Source of the DNA: Candidatus Bathyarchaeota archaeon
GTDB taxonomy: Archaea > Thermoproteota > Bathyarchaeia > Bathyarchaeales > Bathycorpusculaceae
Assembly: GCA_963811105.1 (NCBI GenBank)
Contig: CAWEPZ010000003.1
Span: 32,001-96,000, forward strand
Direction: 5' to 3'
DNA length: 64,000 bases
Under the pieces are notes generated by a model. The model was given only the letters and a program-made list of their open reading frames with translations. It was not told the DNA's origin and did not search any database. The position numbers and the translations under genes are program-made. Shown one piece after another: positions 16,540 to 27,205 of the stretch. Every line of letters begins with the position of its first letter. Position 1 is the stretch's first letter.

Positions 16540-19336
16540 TTGGAAAAAGCTGCTTCTATGCCTATTGAAGAAGTTTTCGGCGACTTAAAGACGTCGTCTA
16601 ACGGTCTAACTAGTGAAGAGGCTAAGCTTCGCCTGAAGAAAATACGGATACAACAAACTCTCTGAAAAGAGGCAGATTCCCTTTGTCCACAAATTCATTA
16701 AGCATCTTCGTGACTTATTTGGCATACTCTTGATAGTTGCAGCAGTATTATCTTTTCCGACTAACCCTTCACTTGGTTTAATTATTCTCGCAGTAGTTTT
16801 CGTCAACATTTTTGTCGGAATTTTCCAAGAATCACGCGCTGAAAAAGCTATGGCAACCCTCAAAAGCTGGATGCCTGAGTTTGCAAAAGTACTTCGTGAT
16901 GGAGAACTCAAGAAGATCTCAGTAAGCGAAATTGTTCCAGGCGACATCGTCTTCCTAGAGGAAGGTGACAGGGTTCCGGCCGATTCGCGGTTGATGGAAG
17001 CTTTTGATTTATGGACCAATAATGTTCCTTTAACTGGAGAATCTGAACCCCAGCCACGCGTCGCCCAAACAGTAAAAATAGTTGAGAAAGCCTATCTATA
17101 TGCACCCAACCTAATTTTCATGAGCACTAGCGTAGCTAAAGGTCAAGGCAAAGCCATAGTTTACGCGACTGGGATGAATACTCAGTTTGGAAGAATCGCT
17201 AATTTAACTCAAACAATCCACGAAGAAGAAAGCCCACTTCAAAAAGAAATTGCGTTAACCGCAAAGTATGACTTCACAATCGCTGTTGCTGTAGGCTTTG
17301 CTTTCTTTGCCGCCAGTTTTCTTTTCTTGCACGTGTCACTTGCACCAAGCATTTTATTTATGGTTGGTGTAATGGTGTGTTGCGTTCCTGAAGGTCTGCA
17401 GGTTACTGTTTCCAGTGCCTTAGCCATCAATGTTCTGAAAATGGTAAAGCAAAACGTCTTGGTAAAACGGTTATCTGCTGTGCAGACTCTGGGGAGCGTC
17501 ACGGTAATCTGCACGGATAAAACTGGCACAATAACCAAAGGCGAAATGACAGTAAACAAACTCTGGGTTTATGACTACGTCGTAGACGTTTCTGGCTTAG
17601 GCTATAAACCTGAAGGCGACTTCACTATTAACGGCCAGCCGCTGAATGCAAAACAAACCGGACCTCTGGAAAAGCTCATAGAGATTGCTGCTCTCTGCAA
17701 CGGAGCAAGGCTTGATCCTCCTTCCGAAAGGAACAAAAATTGGAGTGTTATAGGTGACCCAACTGACGGCGCTTTACTTGTTGCAGCATTAAAATCAAGT
17801 GTGAATATTCAGGATGCTTTAGCCGAGAAACCAATTGTTCATGTGTTACCTTTCAGTTTTGAACGGAAATGCATGACTACCGTGCACAGCTTGAATGGCG
17901 ATGTTTTCGTTTACTCTAAAGGTGCGCCAAGGAACATATTGGATTTATGTAACAAAGTGCTTGTTGATGACAAAGTTGAAGAGTTAAACGCGGAAAAAAT
18001 GGCTTGGATAGAATCACGAATTCATGAATTTGCAAACGAGGGTTTGCGGGTCATCGCAGTCGCTTACAAGAAGACTCCAAAAAGTGATTACAGCAAAGAC
18101 GGCGAAATTGAAACTAATCTAATCTTTGTGGGTTTAGCTGCAATGCGTGATCCACCAAGAATAGAAGTGAAAGAAGCCGTTTTGAAGGCGAAACAAGCAG
18201 GAGTAAAAACCGTTATAATTACTGGAGACTATGGTCCAACTGCCCAGGCCATTGCCCAAGAAGTTGGAATAGTAGATAGAGGGTGCTGTCAAATTATTCG
18301 AGGGGTGGACTTGGATGATTTAAGCGACAAAGCTATTACTGATGAAGTTCTCAAAGGCAACGTGATTTTTGCTCGAGTTTCACCTGAGCAAAAACTCCGC
18401 ATAGTCAAAACACTGAAGAAGAGTGGCGAAATTGTTGCGGTCACTGGTGACGGAGCGAACGATGCACCTTCACTTAAAGAAGCAGACATCGGCGTTGCCA
18501 TGGGGGCTTCAGGCACTGATGTGGCGCGTGAAGCAGCAGACATTGTTCTGCTTGATGACAGCTTTGCCTCCATCGTAAAAGCCGTCGAGTCAGGAAGAGC
18601 AATTTACGAGAACATTCGCAAGTTTATTGTTTACGTGTTTTCGCACAATTGGGCTGAGCTAATCCCGTTCGTTCTCTATGCTGTTCTGGGTATTCCTTTG
18701 CCGCTTCTTGTAGTTCAAGTTTTAGCGATCGACCTTGTGATAGACGTCATTCCATCGTTAGCTTTGAGTCGCGAACCCCCTGAATCTGGAATCATGGAAG
18801 AGCCGCCGAGAAGCATAAAAGAAAGGTTGTTCACCCGCAAGGTTCTTTTACGTTCAGTTTTCATCGGAGTCATCATTGCAGCTGGGGCTATGATTGGCTG
18901 CCTTAATGCTTGGGCGGCAGGTGGATGGCATATTGGAATGCCTGTTCCATCTGACTGGCAATTTGGTGCATCTGGAATAATTAGCAGTCCTATTTACTTA
19001 AAAGGTGTAACAATGATGTTCGCCGGTATTGTCGTAGCTCAGGTAGGCAACGTTTTGGCTTGTCGAACTAGCAAACAGTCAATCTTTAAAACAAGCTTCA
19101 GAACGAACAGGTGGATACTTATTGGCATTATAGCTCAACTTACAATATTGTCCTTGCTAATTTATGTTCCAATAATGCAGAGAATTTTTGGAACAGTTTC
19201 TTTGGGTTTGAGTGAGTGGCTATTTTTGCTCTCTCTTGCTTTAATAGTTGTTTTCGCTGAGGAAATCCGCAAATTCTTCAGCCGAAGATTCACCAAAACA
19301 AGCAATGAACAGCTCAAAGTGCATGACCACGTTTAA
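16540..19336 (+). CDS. Cation-transporting P-type ATPase (P2 type), one extra A at 16639-16642
   Basis: TGES, PEGL, DKTGT, KGAP, DPPR, TGDGANDAP; the N-terminal GLTSEEA..RL..YG.N domain is in a frame offset by +1 (TTG 16540). Confidence 0.9.
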
Positions 19337-19394
19337 AGCATTCTAAAAACCTGTTTTGAAAAGTTTATTATGCGTGGCTTAGTTATCTTGGTTA

Positions 19395-20282
19395 ATGTCT
19401 AACAGAAACTTTTTCCTAAACCGATACAAATCGTTAGGCTGGCATTTCCAAGAGCCTGATATTGAGCAAGCAATCAGAATAAACACCATAAATGCTAAAG
19501 GAAAGAATATTGTCCAACGGCTTGATAGTTTAGGGTTTAAGCTTGCGAAGATTCCTTTTCTTGAACAAGGCTATTGGGTTAAGAGCACGAAAGTTTCGGT
19601 TGGAGCCAGCGTAGAATACCTGTTAGGCTTTTATTCGATTCAGGAAGCTGCCGCTCAAATTCCAGTAAGCCTTTTCGCCACTTTGAAAGGCAAAATGGTG
19701 CTTGATGCCTCGGCAGCGCCGGGAGGGAAAACCGTTCAACTTGCAGACATCATGGACAATACAGGCACCATTACAGCTTTAGACATAAACAAGCAACGGC
19801 TCATGGTCATGGCAAACCAGTTGGAGCGCTGCCACATCAGCAATACAATCGTCTATAAATTAGATGCTCGCCAGGCGACAAACTTGAACCGCACGTTTGA
19901 CCGCATACTGCTTGATGTTCCTTGCTCCGGCAACTTTGCTTCAGACAGTGGTTGGTTAAACCGAAGAAGCCTCGCTGACATAGAGCGCAACGCAAAAATC
20001 CAAAAAGAAATCCTTTCAACCGCGGTAAAATGCTTAGCCGCGGACGGTGAAATCGTTTATTCCACGTGCTCCTTGGAACCTGAGGAGAATGAGTTAAACA
20101 TGGATTGGGCAGTCAAAAACTTAGGATTGCAAATCACATATATTGATTGCATAGGCACAAATGGGTTGACTGAGGTTTTCGGAAGAAGACTTGACCCACA
20201 AGTAGCAAACTGCAAGCGAATCTGGCCAGGAGAAACTCAAGGTTTCTTCTTATCTAAGCTGCGGAAGGTGCAGGTGCAGTGA
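19395..20282 (+). CDS. RsmB/NOL1/NOP2 family RNA m5C methyltransferase
   Basis: IQE, AAPGGKT, LLDVPCSG, YSTCS..PEENE, GFF. Confidence 0.92.
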   Translation: MSNRNFFLNRYKSLGWHFQEPDIEQAIRINTINAKGKNIVQRLDSLGFKLAKIPFLEQGYWVKSTKVSVGASVEYLLGFYSIQEAAAQIPVSLFATLKGKMVLDASAAPGGKTVQLADIMDNTGTITALDINKQRLMVMANQLERCHISNTIVYKLDARQATNLNRTFDRILLDVPCSGNFASDSGWLNRRSLADIERNAKIQKEILSTAVKCLAADGEIVYSTCSLEPEENELNMDWAVKNLGLQITYIDCIGTNGLTEVFGRRLDPQVANCKRIWPGETQGFFLSKLRKVQVQ

Positions 20283-20755
20283 AGCCGTACGAAGTTTTTG
20301 CTTCACGATTCGGCAGAAAAATCGCTTTCAACTCAGAAATGATTGTAGAAAAGGGGCAGCGATATTATCTTTTGAACCCTTACCTCAAAAAAATGTTGCC
20401 CACCGATTTTTATTACGCTGGCTTGTATATTGGTAAAGTGGGCAAGAATGGTGGTTTCTTTCCAAGCCTCAACCTATTGAATATGCTCGTGGCTGTAGCG
20501 TCGAATAAAGTTGTGGTAGATGCGAGGGCGGCTTGGCTTTTCACTTGTGGCAGAGACGTTTTTCGTGCTGCGATTGTGAAGATGATGGGCTCAAAGCATA
20601 AGGGAGATGCTACTTTGGTTATTAATGAGTTTGGTGAATGTCTTGGCTTTGGTACTATGCTGGATGACGTAAATATGGCTGAGGGGAAAGTTGCGATTAA
20701 GAATGTGCTTGATATTGGGGATTTCTTGCGAAGGGAAACGAGAGATAAGTTCTAG
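20279..20755 (+). CDS. Nip7-like PUA-domain ribosome biogenesis protein
   Basis: AAWLFTCGRDVF...CLGFG...DIGDFLRRE; coupled to the NOL1 gene. Confidence 0.8.
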   Translation: MKPYEVFASRFGRKIAFNSEMIVEKGQRYYLLNPYLKKMLPTDFYYAGLYIGKVGKNGGFFPSLNLLNMLVAVASNKVVVDARAAWLFTCGRDVFRAAIVKMMGSKHKGDATLVINEFGECLGFGTMLDDVNMAEGKVAIKNVLDIGDFLRRETRDKF

Positions 20756-20835
20756 TCTTCTAAATCTTGATTAGTTTTGTAATTTTTCCGCGCTTCTGTC
20801 TTCTAAGTTAGGTTTATTTATCTAGAAATTGATTT

Positions 20836-20860
20836 TGTTTAGTGAACGTTCATTCAAACA
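20836..20860. promoter_or_regulatory. Imperfect palindrome upstream of the glnA promoter
   Basis: TGTTTAGTGAACGTTCATTCAAACA with perfect core TGAACGTTCA, about 8 bp upstream of GATAAGCTTATATA. Confidence 0.4.
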
Positions 20861-20921
20861 TTTTGGGGATAAGCTTATATATGTTTACGTTTTAACACAA
20901 ATCCAAAACATATGAATTGAT

Positions 20922-22394
20922 ATGGTGAAAGTTATGGATGAACAGGTCAAGAAAGCAATTGAAACCTTAAAAGCCAATAACATTCGATGGGTGCACTCAG
21001 CATTCGTTGATGTTAGAGGTATATTGCAAGACATGGTCCTTCCAGCCAGAGACTACTTAAGCGGAGCAGCATTCACGGAAGGTGTAGGCTTTGATGGCTC
21101 TTCAGTACGTGGCTTTAAGTCAATTGAAGAATCCGATATGATTTTCATGCCAGACGCAAAAACACTCGCCATAATGCCGTGGGAAACCGATGAAAAACAG
21201 AAAAGCGCCATAATTCTTGGTGATGCCTTGGAAGCATTCGGCGGCAAAGAGCCTTCTGTTACATGTCCAAGAGGCTACGTTGCAAAGAGAGCTATAAAAG
21301 CAGCTAAAGACATGGGTTACACTGGAATTTTCGCTCCTGAACTTGAACACTTCGTATTCACCTCAATTGATCCAACCAAACTAACCTGGGATCTTTGGGC
21401 TGCTCCCAAAAGCGGCGAAGGAGACGCGTGGGGTGCGCCAAGAGTTGTGCCAGAATCACCAGAAATAAAACCTGGTGGATTTATCCTAAGGCCCAAAGAA
21501 GCCTACTATCGAACTCCGCCAGAAGACACCACTGTCGCCTACAGAAACGAAGTCTCTCAAATTCTTGAAGATTACTTCGGCTTAACCATAGAGAAACATC
21601 ATCACGAAGTCGCTACAGTCGGCCAAGTAGAAATCGACTATAAATATGGAGAACTCCTCGAAACTGCTGACCGTGCACTGTATTTCAAATTCGTAGCCAA
21701 AAATATCGCTAAAAAACACGGTCTAATCGCAACTTTCATGCCGAAACCAATCTACCTTGACAACGCAAGCGGAATGCACGTTCACTCCAGTCTCTGGAAA
21801 GAGGGAAAGAACATCATGTACGATGGAAAAGACGAGTACGCAGAACTAAGCCAAATTGGCAGGTACTATGTAGGAGGAATCTTAGCCCACGCAAAAGCCC
21901 TAACCGCTGTGTGTTGTCCAACGGTAAGCAGCTACAAACGACTCGTTCCAGGCTTTGAAGCCCCAATCTACGTTATGTGGAGTCGCCGCAACAGATCATC
22001 TCTCGCAAGAATTCCCCTCTATTACAAAGGTGCCGGTTTCGCAGCGCAAAAAAGAGTTGAATACCGAGGGGTAGACCCATCATGCAACCCTTACTTAGCA
22101 TTCTCATGCATAATGATGGCCGGGCTTGATGGAATCAAAAAGAAACTTGATCCAGGCGACCCAGTAGACGAAGACGTTTACAAACTTAGCAAAGCAAAAC
22201 GCAAAGAACTTGGCATAAGAGAACTTCCAACTACACTCAAAGACGCATTAGACGAAATGGAATGCGACGCAGTTGTAAAAGAAACCCTCGGTAGCCACGT
22301 GTTCGACGCATTTATTGAGCTCAAAACAAACGATTGGAACCAATACTGCCTATACGTTTCTCCATGGGAAATAATGAAGTACCTAGACTACTAA
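20922..22394 (+). CDS. glnA: Glutamine synthetase type I (long form with insertion)
   Basis: FDGSS, PELE, HHEV, FMPKP, SGMHVH, RLVPGFEAP, NRS, RVEYR. Confidence 0.93.
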   Translation: MVKVMDEQVKKAIETLKANNIRWVHSAFVDVRGILQDMVLPARDYLSGAAFTEGVGFDGSSVRGFKSIEESDMIFMPDAKTLAIMPWETDEKQKSAIILGDALEAFGGKEPSVTCPRGYVAKRAIKAAKDMGYTGIFAPELEHFVFTSIDPTKLTWDLWAAPKSGEGDAWGAPRVVPESPEIKPGGFILRPKEAYYRTPPEDTTVAYRNEVSQILEDYFGLTIEKHHHEVATVGQVEIDYKYGELLETADRALYFKFVAKNIAKKHGLIATFMPKPIYLDNASGMHVHSSLWKEGKNIMYDGKDEYAELSQIGRYYVGGILAHAKALTAVCCPTVSSYKRLVPGFEAPIYVMWSRRNRSSLARIPLYYKGAGFAAQKRVEYRGVDPSCNPYLAFSCIMMAGLDGIKKKLDPGDPVDEDVYKLSKAKRKELGIRELPTTLKDALDEMECDAVVKETLGSHVFDAFIELKTNDWNQYCLYVSPWEIMKYLDY

Positions 22395-22655
22395 ACTAAA
22401 GCAAGCAAGAGTTTGAGTAAACCTCAACCTTGCTACAATTCTTTTTTTCATGCATTCTTTTTGAAAAATTAGATTAATTTTCAAGAATGCATGATTTTGT
22501 GGCTATCTTGGGTTCAAAATATCTGTGTTGATGTGGTGTTATGAACAGTTATGTATTTTTCCCAATTGTGTTTATTAAGCGTTAAAGATATTTATGCTTA
22601 AACCAATAATAAATAAATAGTTAATCAATTCTAAACAACAGGTGAAAAAGACAAA

Positions 22656-24020
22656 ATGAAGAATTACAAAGACGCTACTTGGAAAGAAAACGTAACTAAG
22701 GTAACCCAACAAATACGGGAACAAGAAATCAAATTTATCCGTCTCCAATTTACAGACATAAATGGTATACTGAAGAATTTAGCTGTATCAGGAAAAAACA
22801 TTGAATCAATTTTTGAGAACGGCCAATCTTTCGACGGTTCATCCATAACTGGCTACAGACCCATTGAAGAATCAGACATGGTGCTCTACCCCGACCCTAC
22901 TACCTTTGCAGTTTTGCCCTGGCGACCTAAAGAAAAATCTTCTGCACGACTTATTTGTGACATTTATACTCCTCAGAACAAGCGGTTTGATGGAGACCCA
23001 CGGTACATTCTTGAGCGGGCTGTTGAAAAAGCTTTCAAAGCGGGATACACATTCATTTGTGCTCCTGAACTTGAATTTTTTATAGTTAAAGAAAGTGAAA
23101 CTGGTGGCTTGCCTACGCCTATTGATTTAGCAGGCTACTTTGATTTTCACCCTGGAGATTTAACTGATGATTTGCGTCGTGAAATAGCTGATACCGCTGA
23201 AGCTTTCGGAATCGAAATAGAGATTTCTCATCACGAGGTTGCGCTCGGGCAAAACGAAATTGATTTCAAATATGGAGAAGCCCTGGAGACAGCTGACCGC
23301 GCAATAACTATGAAGATGTGTGGAAAAGTAGTTGCTGCTCGGAACGGATATGTAACCACATATATGCCTAAGCCTTTCCAAGGCATCAACGGTAGCGGCA
23401 TGCACTGTCACCAAAGCCTCTGGAATAAGGACATATCACAAAACCTCTTCTACGCAAACGATGAAAAGAATGGTTACCTCTCTGATTTAGCCCGAAACTA
23501 CATTGGTGGACAACTAGCTCATGGACGCAAAATGTGTGCAGTCCTTGACTCATGGCCAAACAGCTTCAAACGATTAGTCCCAGGCTACGAAGCACCAGTC
23601 TATCTTGCTTGGGCACACAAAAACCGTTCGCCGCTCATCCGAGTACCGAACTTTGGTGGAAGAAAACATGCTGCTCGATGTGAAATCCGCTGCCCAGACG
23701 GCGCTGGAAACCCTTATTTGCAGTTTGCTGTGCTTTTGGCAACTGGTCTGGACGGTATCAGGAACAAGATTGACCCAGGCGACCCAGTTGAACTCAACGT
23801 TTACCACATGTCTTATGAAGAACGCAAAGAACGCAATATAGTTTCGTTGCCAGAATCACTAAAAGAAGCTTTAGACGAGTTGGAAACTAGCGATTTAATG
23901 CGTGAAACACTTGGCGAAACTGCTTTTGAGAATTTTCTTGTTGAGAAACGGAAAGAATGGGATCTTTACCGAACCCAAGTAACTGAGTGGGAAGTCAACC
24001 GATACATTAAGCGACTCTAA
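22656..24020 (+). CDS. glnA: Glutamine synthetase type I (GSI-alpha-like), second copy
   Basis: FDGSS, PELEFF, HHEV, MPKP, NGSGMHCH, RLVPGYEAP, NRS, RCEIR. Confidence 0.9.
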   Translation: MKNYKDATWKENVTKVTQQIREQEIKFIRLQFTDINGILKNLAVSGKNIESIFENGQSFDGSSITGYRPIEESDMVLYPDPTTFAVLPWRPKEKSSARLICDIYTPQNKRFDGDPRYILERAVEKAFKAGYTFICAPELEFFIVKESETGGLPTPIDLAGYFDFHPGDLTDDLRREIADTAEAFGIEIEISHHEVALGQNEIDFKYGEALETADRAITMKMCGKVVAARNGYVTTYMPKPFQGINGSGMHCHQSLWNKDISQNLFYANDEKNGYLSDLARNYIGGQLAHGRKMCAVLDSWPNSFKRLVPGYEAPVYLAWAHKNRSPLIRVPNFGGRKHAARCEIRCPDGAGNPYLQFAVLLATGLDGIRNKIDPGDPVELNVYHMSYEERKERNIVSLPESLKEALDELETSDLMRETLGETAFENFLVEKRKEWDLYRTQVTEWEVNRYIKRL

Positions 24021-24064
24021 GCCCAAAAGGCTTTTTCTTTTTTTGTTTCTATTTTATTTATTCT

Positions 24065-25339
24065 TTATTTCTTGATTTCTTCAGCTATCTCTTTAATTTG
24101 AACAATTGTTTGTTCTCGTCTAGCCAGATTTCTAAGCATGACTGCGCCTTCTTTGAGTTCACGCTCGCCAACAATCACCGCATAGTCAACTTTGCGTTTA
24201 TCAGCATCTTCCAGTGCCTTTGCCATCTTGCGCCCCATAATTTCGAACTCCACAATAATTCCAGATTGCCTTAACGTCTGAGCTATTTTTAGGGCTTCAA
24301 CTTTCAATCTGTCATTCACTGAAAGAACAATAATCCTTTTTTCGTCCTTAGTTGCAAGTGCTGCTTTTTGCGTTTGCAAAGCAATAGCAACACGGTCAAT
24401 CCCATGTGCACAGCCCACTGCCGGTGTAGGTTCACCCCCAAATAATTCGATAAGTCTATCGTATCTGCCTCCGCCACCGAGAGCGATTTCTAATTGTGGA
24501 ATGTAGATTTCAAAAATCATCCCTGTATAGTATTCTAAGCCTCGGGCGAAGGCTGGCTCTACAGTCTGAACAGGGCACCCGCTTTCAACTATGAGTTTGA
24601 GGATTTCGCCGAGGTTTTCTGCTGCAGCCTTAGCCTTCTCGTAGCTTGAAACATAACCTTTTATTTTTTCTACGGTTTCAAAACAATCATTGGCTTTCAA
24701 CGCCAGTAAGCCTTTAAGCATACTGCGACATGGCTGCGTCGGGGCTAGCTCAAACGCTTCCTCATATTCCTTCTTATCCATGCGTTGCAAAATTGCGTTC
24801 TGGGTTTTTTCATCAACGTTCTCTTGGCTAAGAATCCCTCGAACCACGCCTATATGCCCTATTTTGAAGGCGTAACCTTGCAAACCTAACGTTTTCATTA
24901 AGCTGTTTGTTAAGAGAACGATTTCGGCATCTGCCTCCGGTCTGGTTGAACCCATGAGTTCAAAGTTTGATTGCCAAAACTCACGGTATCTGCCGCGTTG
25001 TGGCTCATCGTATCGGTAGACGCTGCCAACTGAGAAAAGTCTGAGTGGTTTTGGTTCGTTTTTTAGCGTGGTGGTTGTTAAGCGTGCGATTGAGGCGGTG
25101 AATTCTGGGCGTAGCGCCACTTGGCGCTCACCGAGGTCTTTGAAGATGAACATGCGTTGGCGAATTTCTTCGCCTGACTTGGCGCTAAGTAGCTCAAGTG
25201 GTTCTACCACTGGCGTGATGACTTCCTTGTAGCCGTAAACTGTGGCGGTTTCTCGGGCTTTAGCTATGATGTGTGTGAAAGTTTTTGCTTCTTCACCAAA
25301 TAGGTCTCTCATTCCACGAACTGTTTGGAAAGCGGGCAT
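24065..25339 (-). CDS. hisS: Histidine--tRNA ligase
   Basis: RGMRD, LRPEFT, YRYDEPQRGRYREF.Q, RGLEYY, GGGRYD. Confidence 0.96.
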   Translation of the reverse strand: MPAFQTVRGMRDLFGEEAKTFTHIIAKARETATVYGYKEVITPVVEPLELLSAKSGEEIRQRMFIFKDLGERQVALRPEFTASIARLTTTTLKNEPKPLRLFSVGSVYRYDEPQRGRYREFWQSNFELMGSTRPEADAEIVLLTNSLMKTLGLQGYAFKIGHIGVVRGILSQENVDEKTQNAILQRMDKKEYEEAFELAPTQPCRSMLKGLLALKANDCFETVEKIKGYVSSYEKAKAAAENLGEILKLIVESGCPVQTVEPAFARGLEYYTGMIFEIYIPQLEIALGGGGRYDRLIELFGGEPTPAVGCAHGIDRVAIALQTQKAALATKDEKRIIVLSVNDRLKVEALKIAQTLRQSGIIVEFEIMGRKMAKALEDADKRKVDYAVIVGERELKEGAVMLRNLARREQTIVQIKEIAEEIKK

Positions 25340-25400
25340 ATCTTTTTCTCCGGCTTTTATGTTTCAATTAAAAGGGTTAGTTGTTCTTTTAAACTCTCGC

Positions 25401-26201
25401 TCAAGACTTGTATGCTTCTATTTCTATACGCATCATGCCAACATGAACTGTGCCTGCGCTGTCAGTTGGGTGCTCCTTTAGGTAGCGGTTAACGATTTCT
25501 TGAATAAATTTTGCCCTAAGTTCAATAGGCAATTTGTCTATGAAGGGCAACCATGTGGTCCTTACCCATCCTGCCAAGCCTTCGGCTCCACTGAATTGCA
25601 TGTCTTTAGGAAATAGCTCAACCCGCTCAGCCAGCAAACCCGATTCACGTAATAACGTCCGATATTCTTTTGTGTCGTAGAAGCCGTAAGGGAACGTCAT
25701 GTTAATGAAAAACTGCTTCCAAGGATCAACAGCCACCAGTTCATCAATAATGCTCAATATGTCTTTGGCGTTTCCTTTTCCAGCCATCTGAAACAGCAAC
25801 CTGCCGCCGGGTTTTAAGCTTCTTTGCAAGCCCGTAAGTACGGCTTTTTGGTCAACAATCCAGTGTAATGCAGCATTAGAAAATGCTATATCGAACTCCA
25901 TTTGGAAAGTTAGCTTTCGGGCATCCATGATTTGAAAGGAGAGGTTCGGGTAATCTCTTTGCTGAAAAGTAGTTTTCGCTAGATTTATCATTTTTTCTGA
26001 GCTGTCAATGCCTACTGCTTTGCCTTTTGGTAGGCATTTTGCGAGTTCTGCTGTGATTTTTCCGTCTCCGCAGCCTATATCTAGCAGTACCTCTGTACCT
26101 TGGAGTTTTAGTTTTGGAATTAGCTCTCTGGCCCATTGGAACTGGTTTTGGCTATTTTTGGCGTAGTCCTGCGCGTTCCAATTATAACCAGAGTTTTCCA
26201 T
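25401..26201 (-). CDS. Trans-aconitate methyltransferase-like SAM methyltransferase
   Basis: W...DY, LDIGCGDG, FSNAALHW, LKPGG. Confidence 0.85.
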   Translation of the reverse strand: MENSGYNWNAQDYAKNSQNQFQWARELIPKLKLQGTEVLLDIGCGDGKITAELAKCLPKGKAVGIDSSEKMINLAKTTFQQRDYPNLSFQIMDARKLTFQMEFDIAFSNAALHWIVDQKAVLTGLQRSLKPGGRLLFQMAGKGNAKDILSIIDELVAVDPWKQFFINMTFPYGFYDTKEYRTLLRESGLLAERVELFPKDMQFSGAEGLAGWVRTTWLPFIDKLPIELRAKFIQEIVNRYLKEHPTDSAGTVHVGMMRIEIEAYKS

Positions 26202-26214
26202 TCCACCACACCGC

Positions 26215-26763
26215 TTATTTGAATGTTAATTTCGAGACGGAGTAATAGACGATTTCGCCCCTGCGGTTCATAACTGCCAGTGTTAGCTCTTTCTTTTGGC
26301 TCTGACACTGCAGCAAAGCATCAGCTAATTTGTCTATGCCTAGTGGTTTGCCTTCTTGTGTGCTTAAAACCAAGTAAGGTGCAGTATCTTTTCCATAGCT
26401 GCCTCGCTCGTACATGCGAAAATCAATTCCTGCTCCAAAGCCTTCTCGTGCAACGTAGCCGCGGCTTCTAAGGTCACGGTAAACAAGGTAGTTAACCCAT
26501 GCATTCTCGTTTTGGTCTCCGTAACAGTGCAAAAGCCTTTGAAAATCTGCGGTTTTGCCTTTTTTATCCTTGACTTCAAGCATGCCTTTATCCACAAGAT
26601 AAAGCGCCTCGAAAAAAGTAAGAGTAAAAACCTCTTTCTCCAAAATGCCGTAACCGCGCGAAGAAAGTGCGTCTACACTGCTTTGCTCACTTATCATGAT
26701 TCCTTTATCTGTGAGGGTTCCGCTGGTTCTGAATTCTGCAGAAGCTTTTTTGGCGTCGCTCAT
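26215..26763 (-). CDS. endA: tRNA splicing endonuclease subunit (probably the structural beta subunit)
   Basis: EALYL, YLVYRDLRSRGY..R.G.G..DFR.YERG; the catalytic His position reads KDTAPYLV. Confidence 0.85.
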   Translation of the reverse strand: MSDAKKASAEFRTSGTLTDKGIMISEQSSVDALSSRGYGILEKEVFTLTFFEALYLVDKGMLEVKDKKGKTADFQRLLHCYGDQNENAWVNYLVYRDLRSRGYVAREGFGAGIDFRMYERGSYGKDTAPYLVLSTQEGKPLGIDKLADALLQCQSQKKELTLAVMNRRGEIVYYSVSKLTFK

Positions 26764-27007
26764 AATTAGTCTAGCTTAAATCCATTTCAGCTTTTGCCTC
26801 TTTAACATTTCCCCAGAAATCTTTGGTTTCTTTTTGGCAGGATGACTAGACTTAAAAGCAGTCGATCTGGTTTAGACGTTTTATCGTTTTTAGTTTGATG
26901 ATATGGATAGTTTCTATTTGGCAGAATATTTTTGCGAAATTTTTTTTGTGTTTTGGATTGGTTTTTTGGTTCGGTTTCTGTTTTATTTGTAGGTTGCGTA
27001 TAGAATT

Positions 27008-27042
27008 ATCGCAGATTATCGCGTTTCATTGCAAATCATCGC
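27008..27042 (+). repeat. Four ATYGC motifs with exact 10-bp period
   Basis: ATCGC at 27008 and 27018, ATTGC at 27028, ATCGC at 27038; another ATCGC at 27085 next to a BRE/TATA-like box. Confidence 0.6.
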
Positions 27043-27205
27043 GAAAATTAAGGTTTTCTTACAACGATCCGAAAGGATATACATATCGCAATTCCGAGAT
27101 CTGCTTTATCACAATTGAAAGACAATGAGGCAAGCCTTGAAGACTTTGAACGTTGAGGAAACGCTTGAGCCAGGATAACACTATCTTAAGAGAATTTGCT
27201 TCACT

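Noticed and set aside
26895-27128. 77-aa ORF from the track
   Set aside because: Low-complexity Phe-rich translation of a T-rich spacer overlapping the repeat array and promoter
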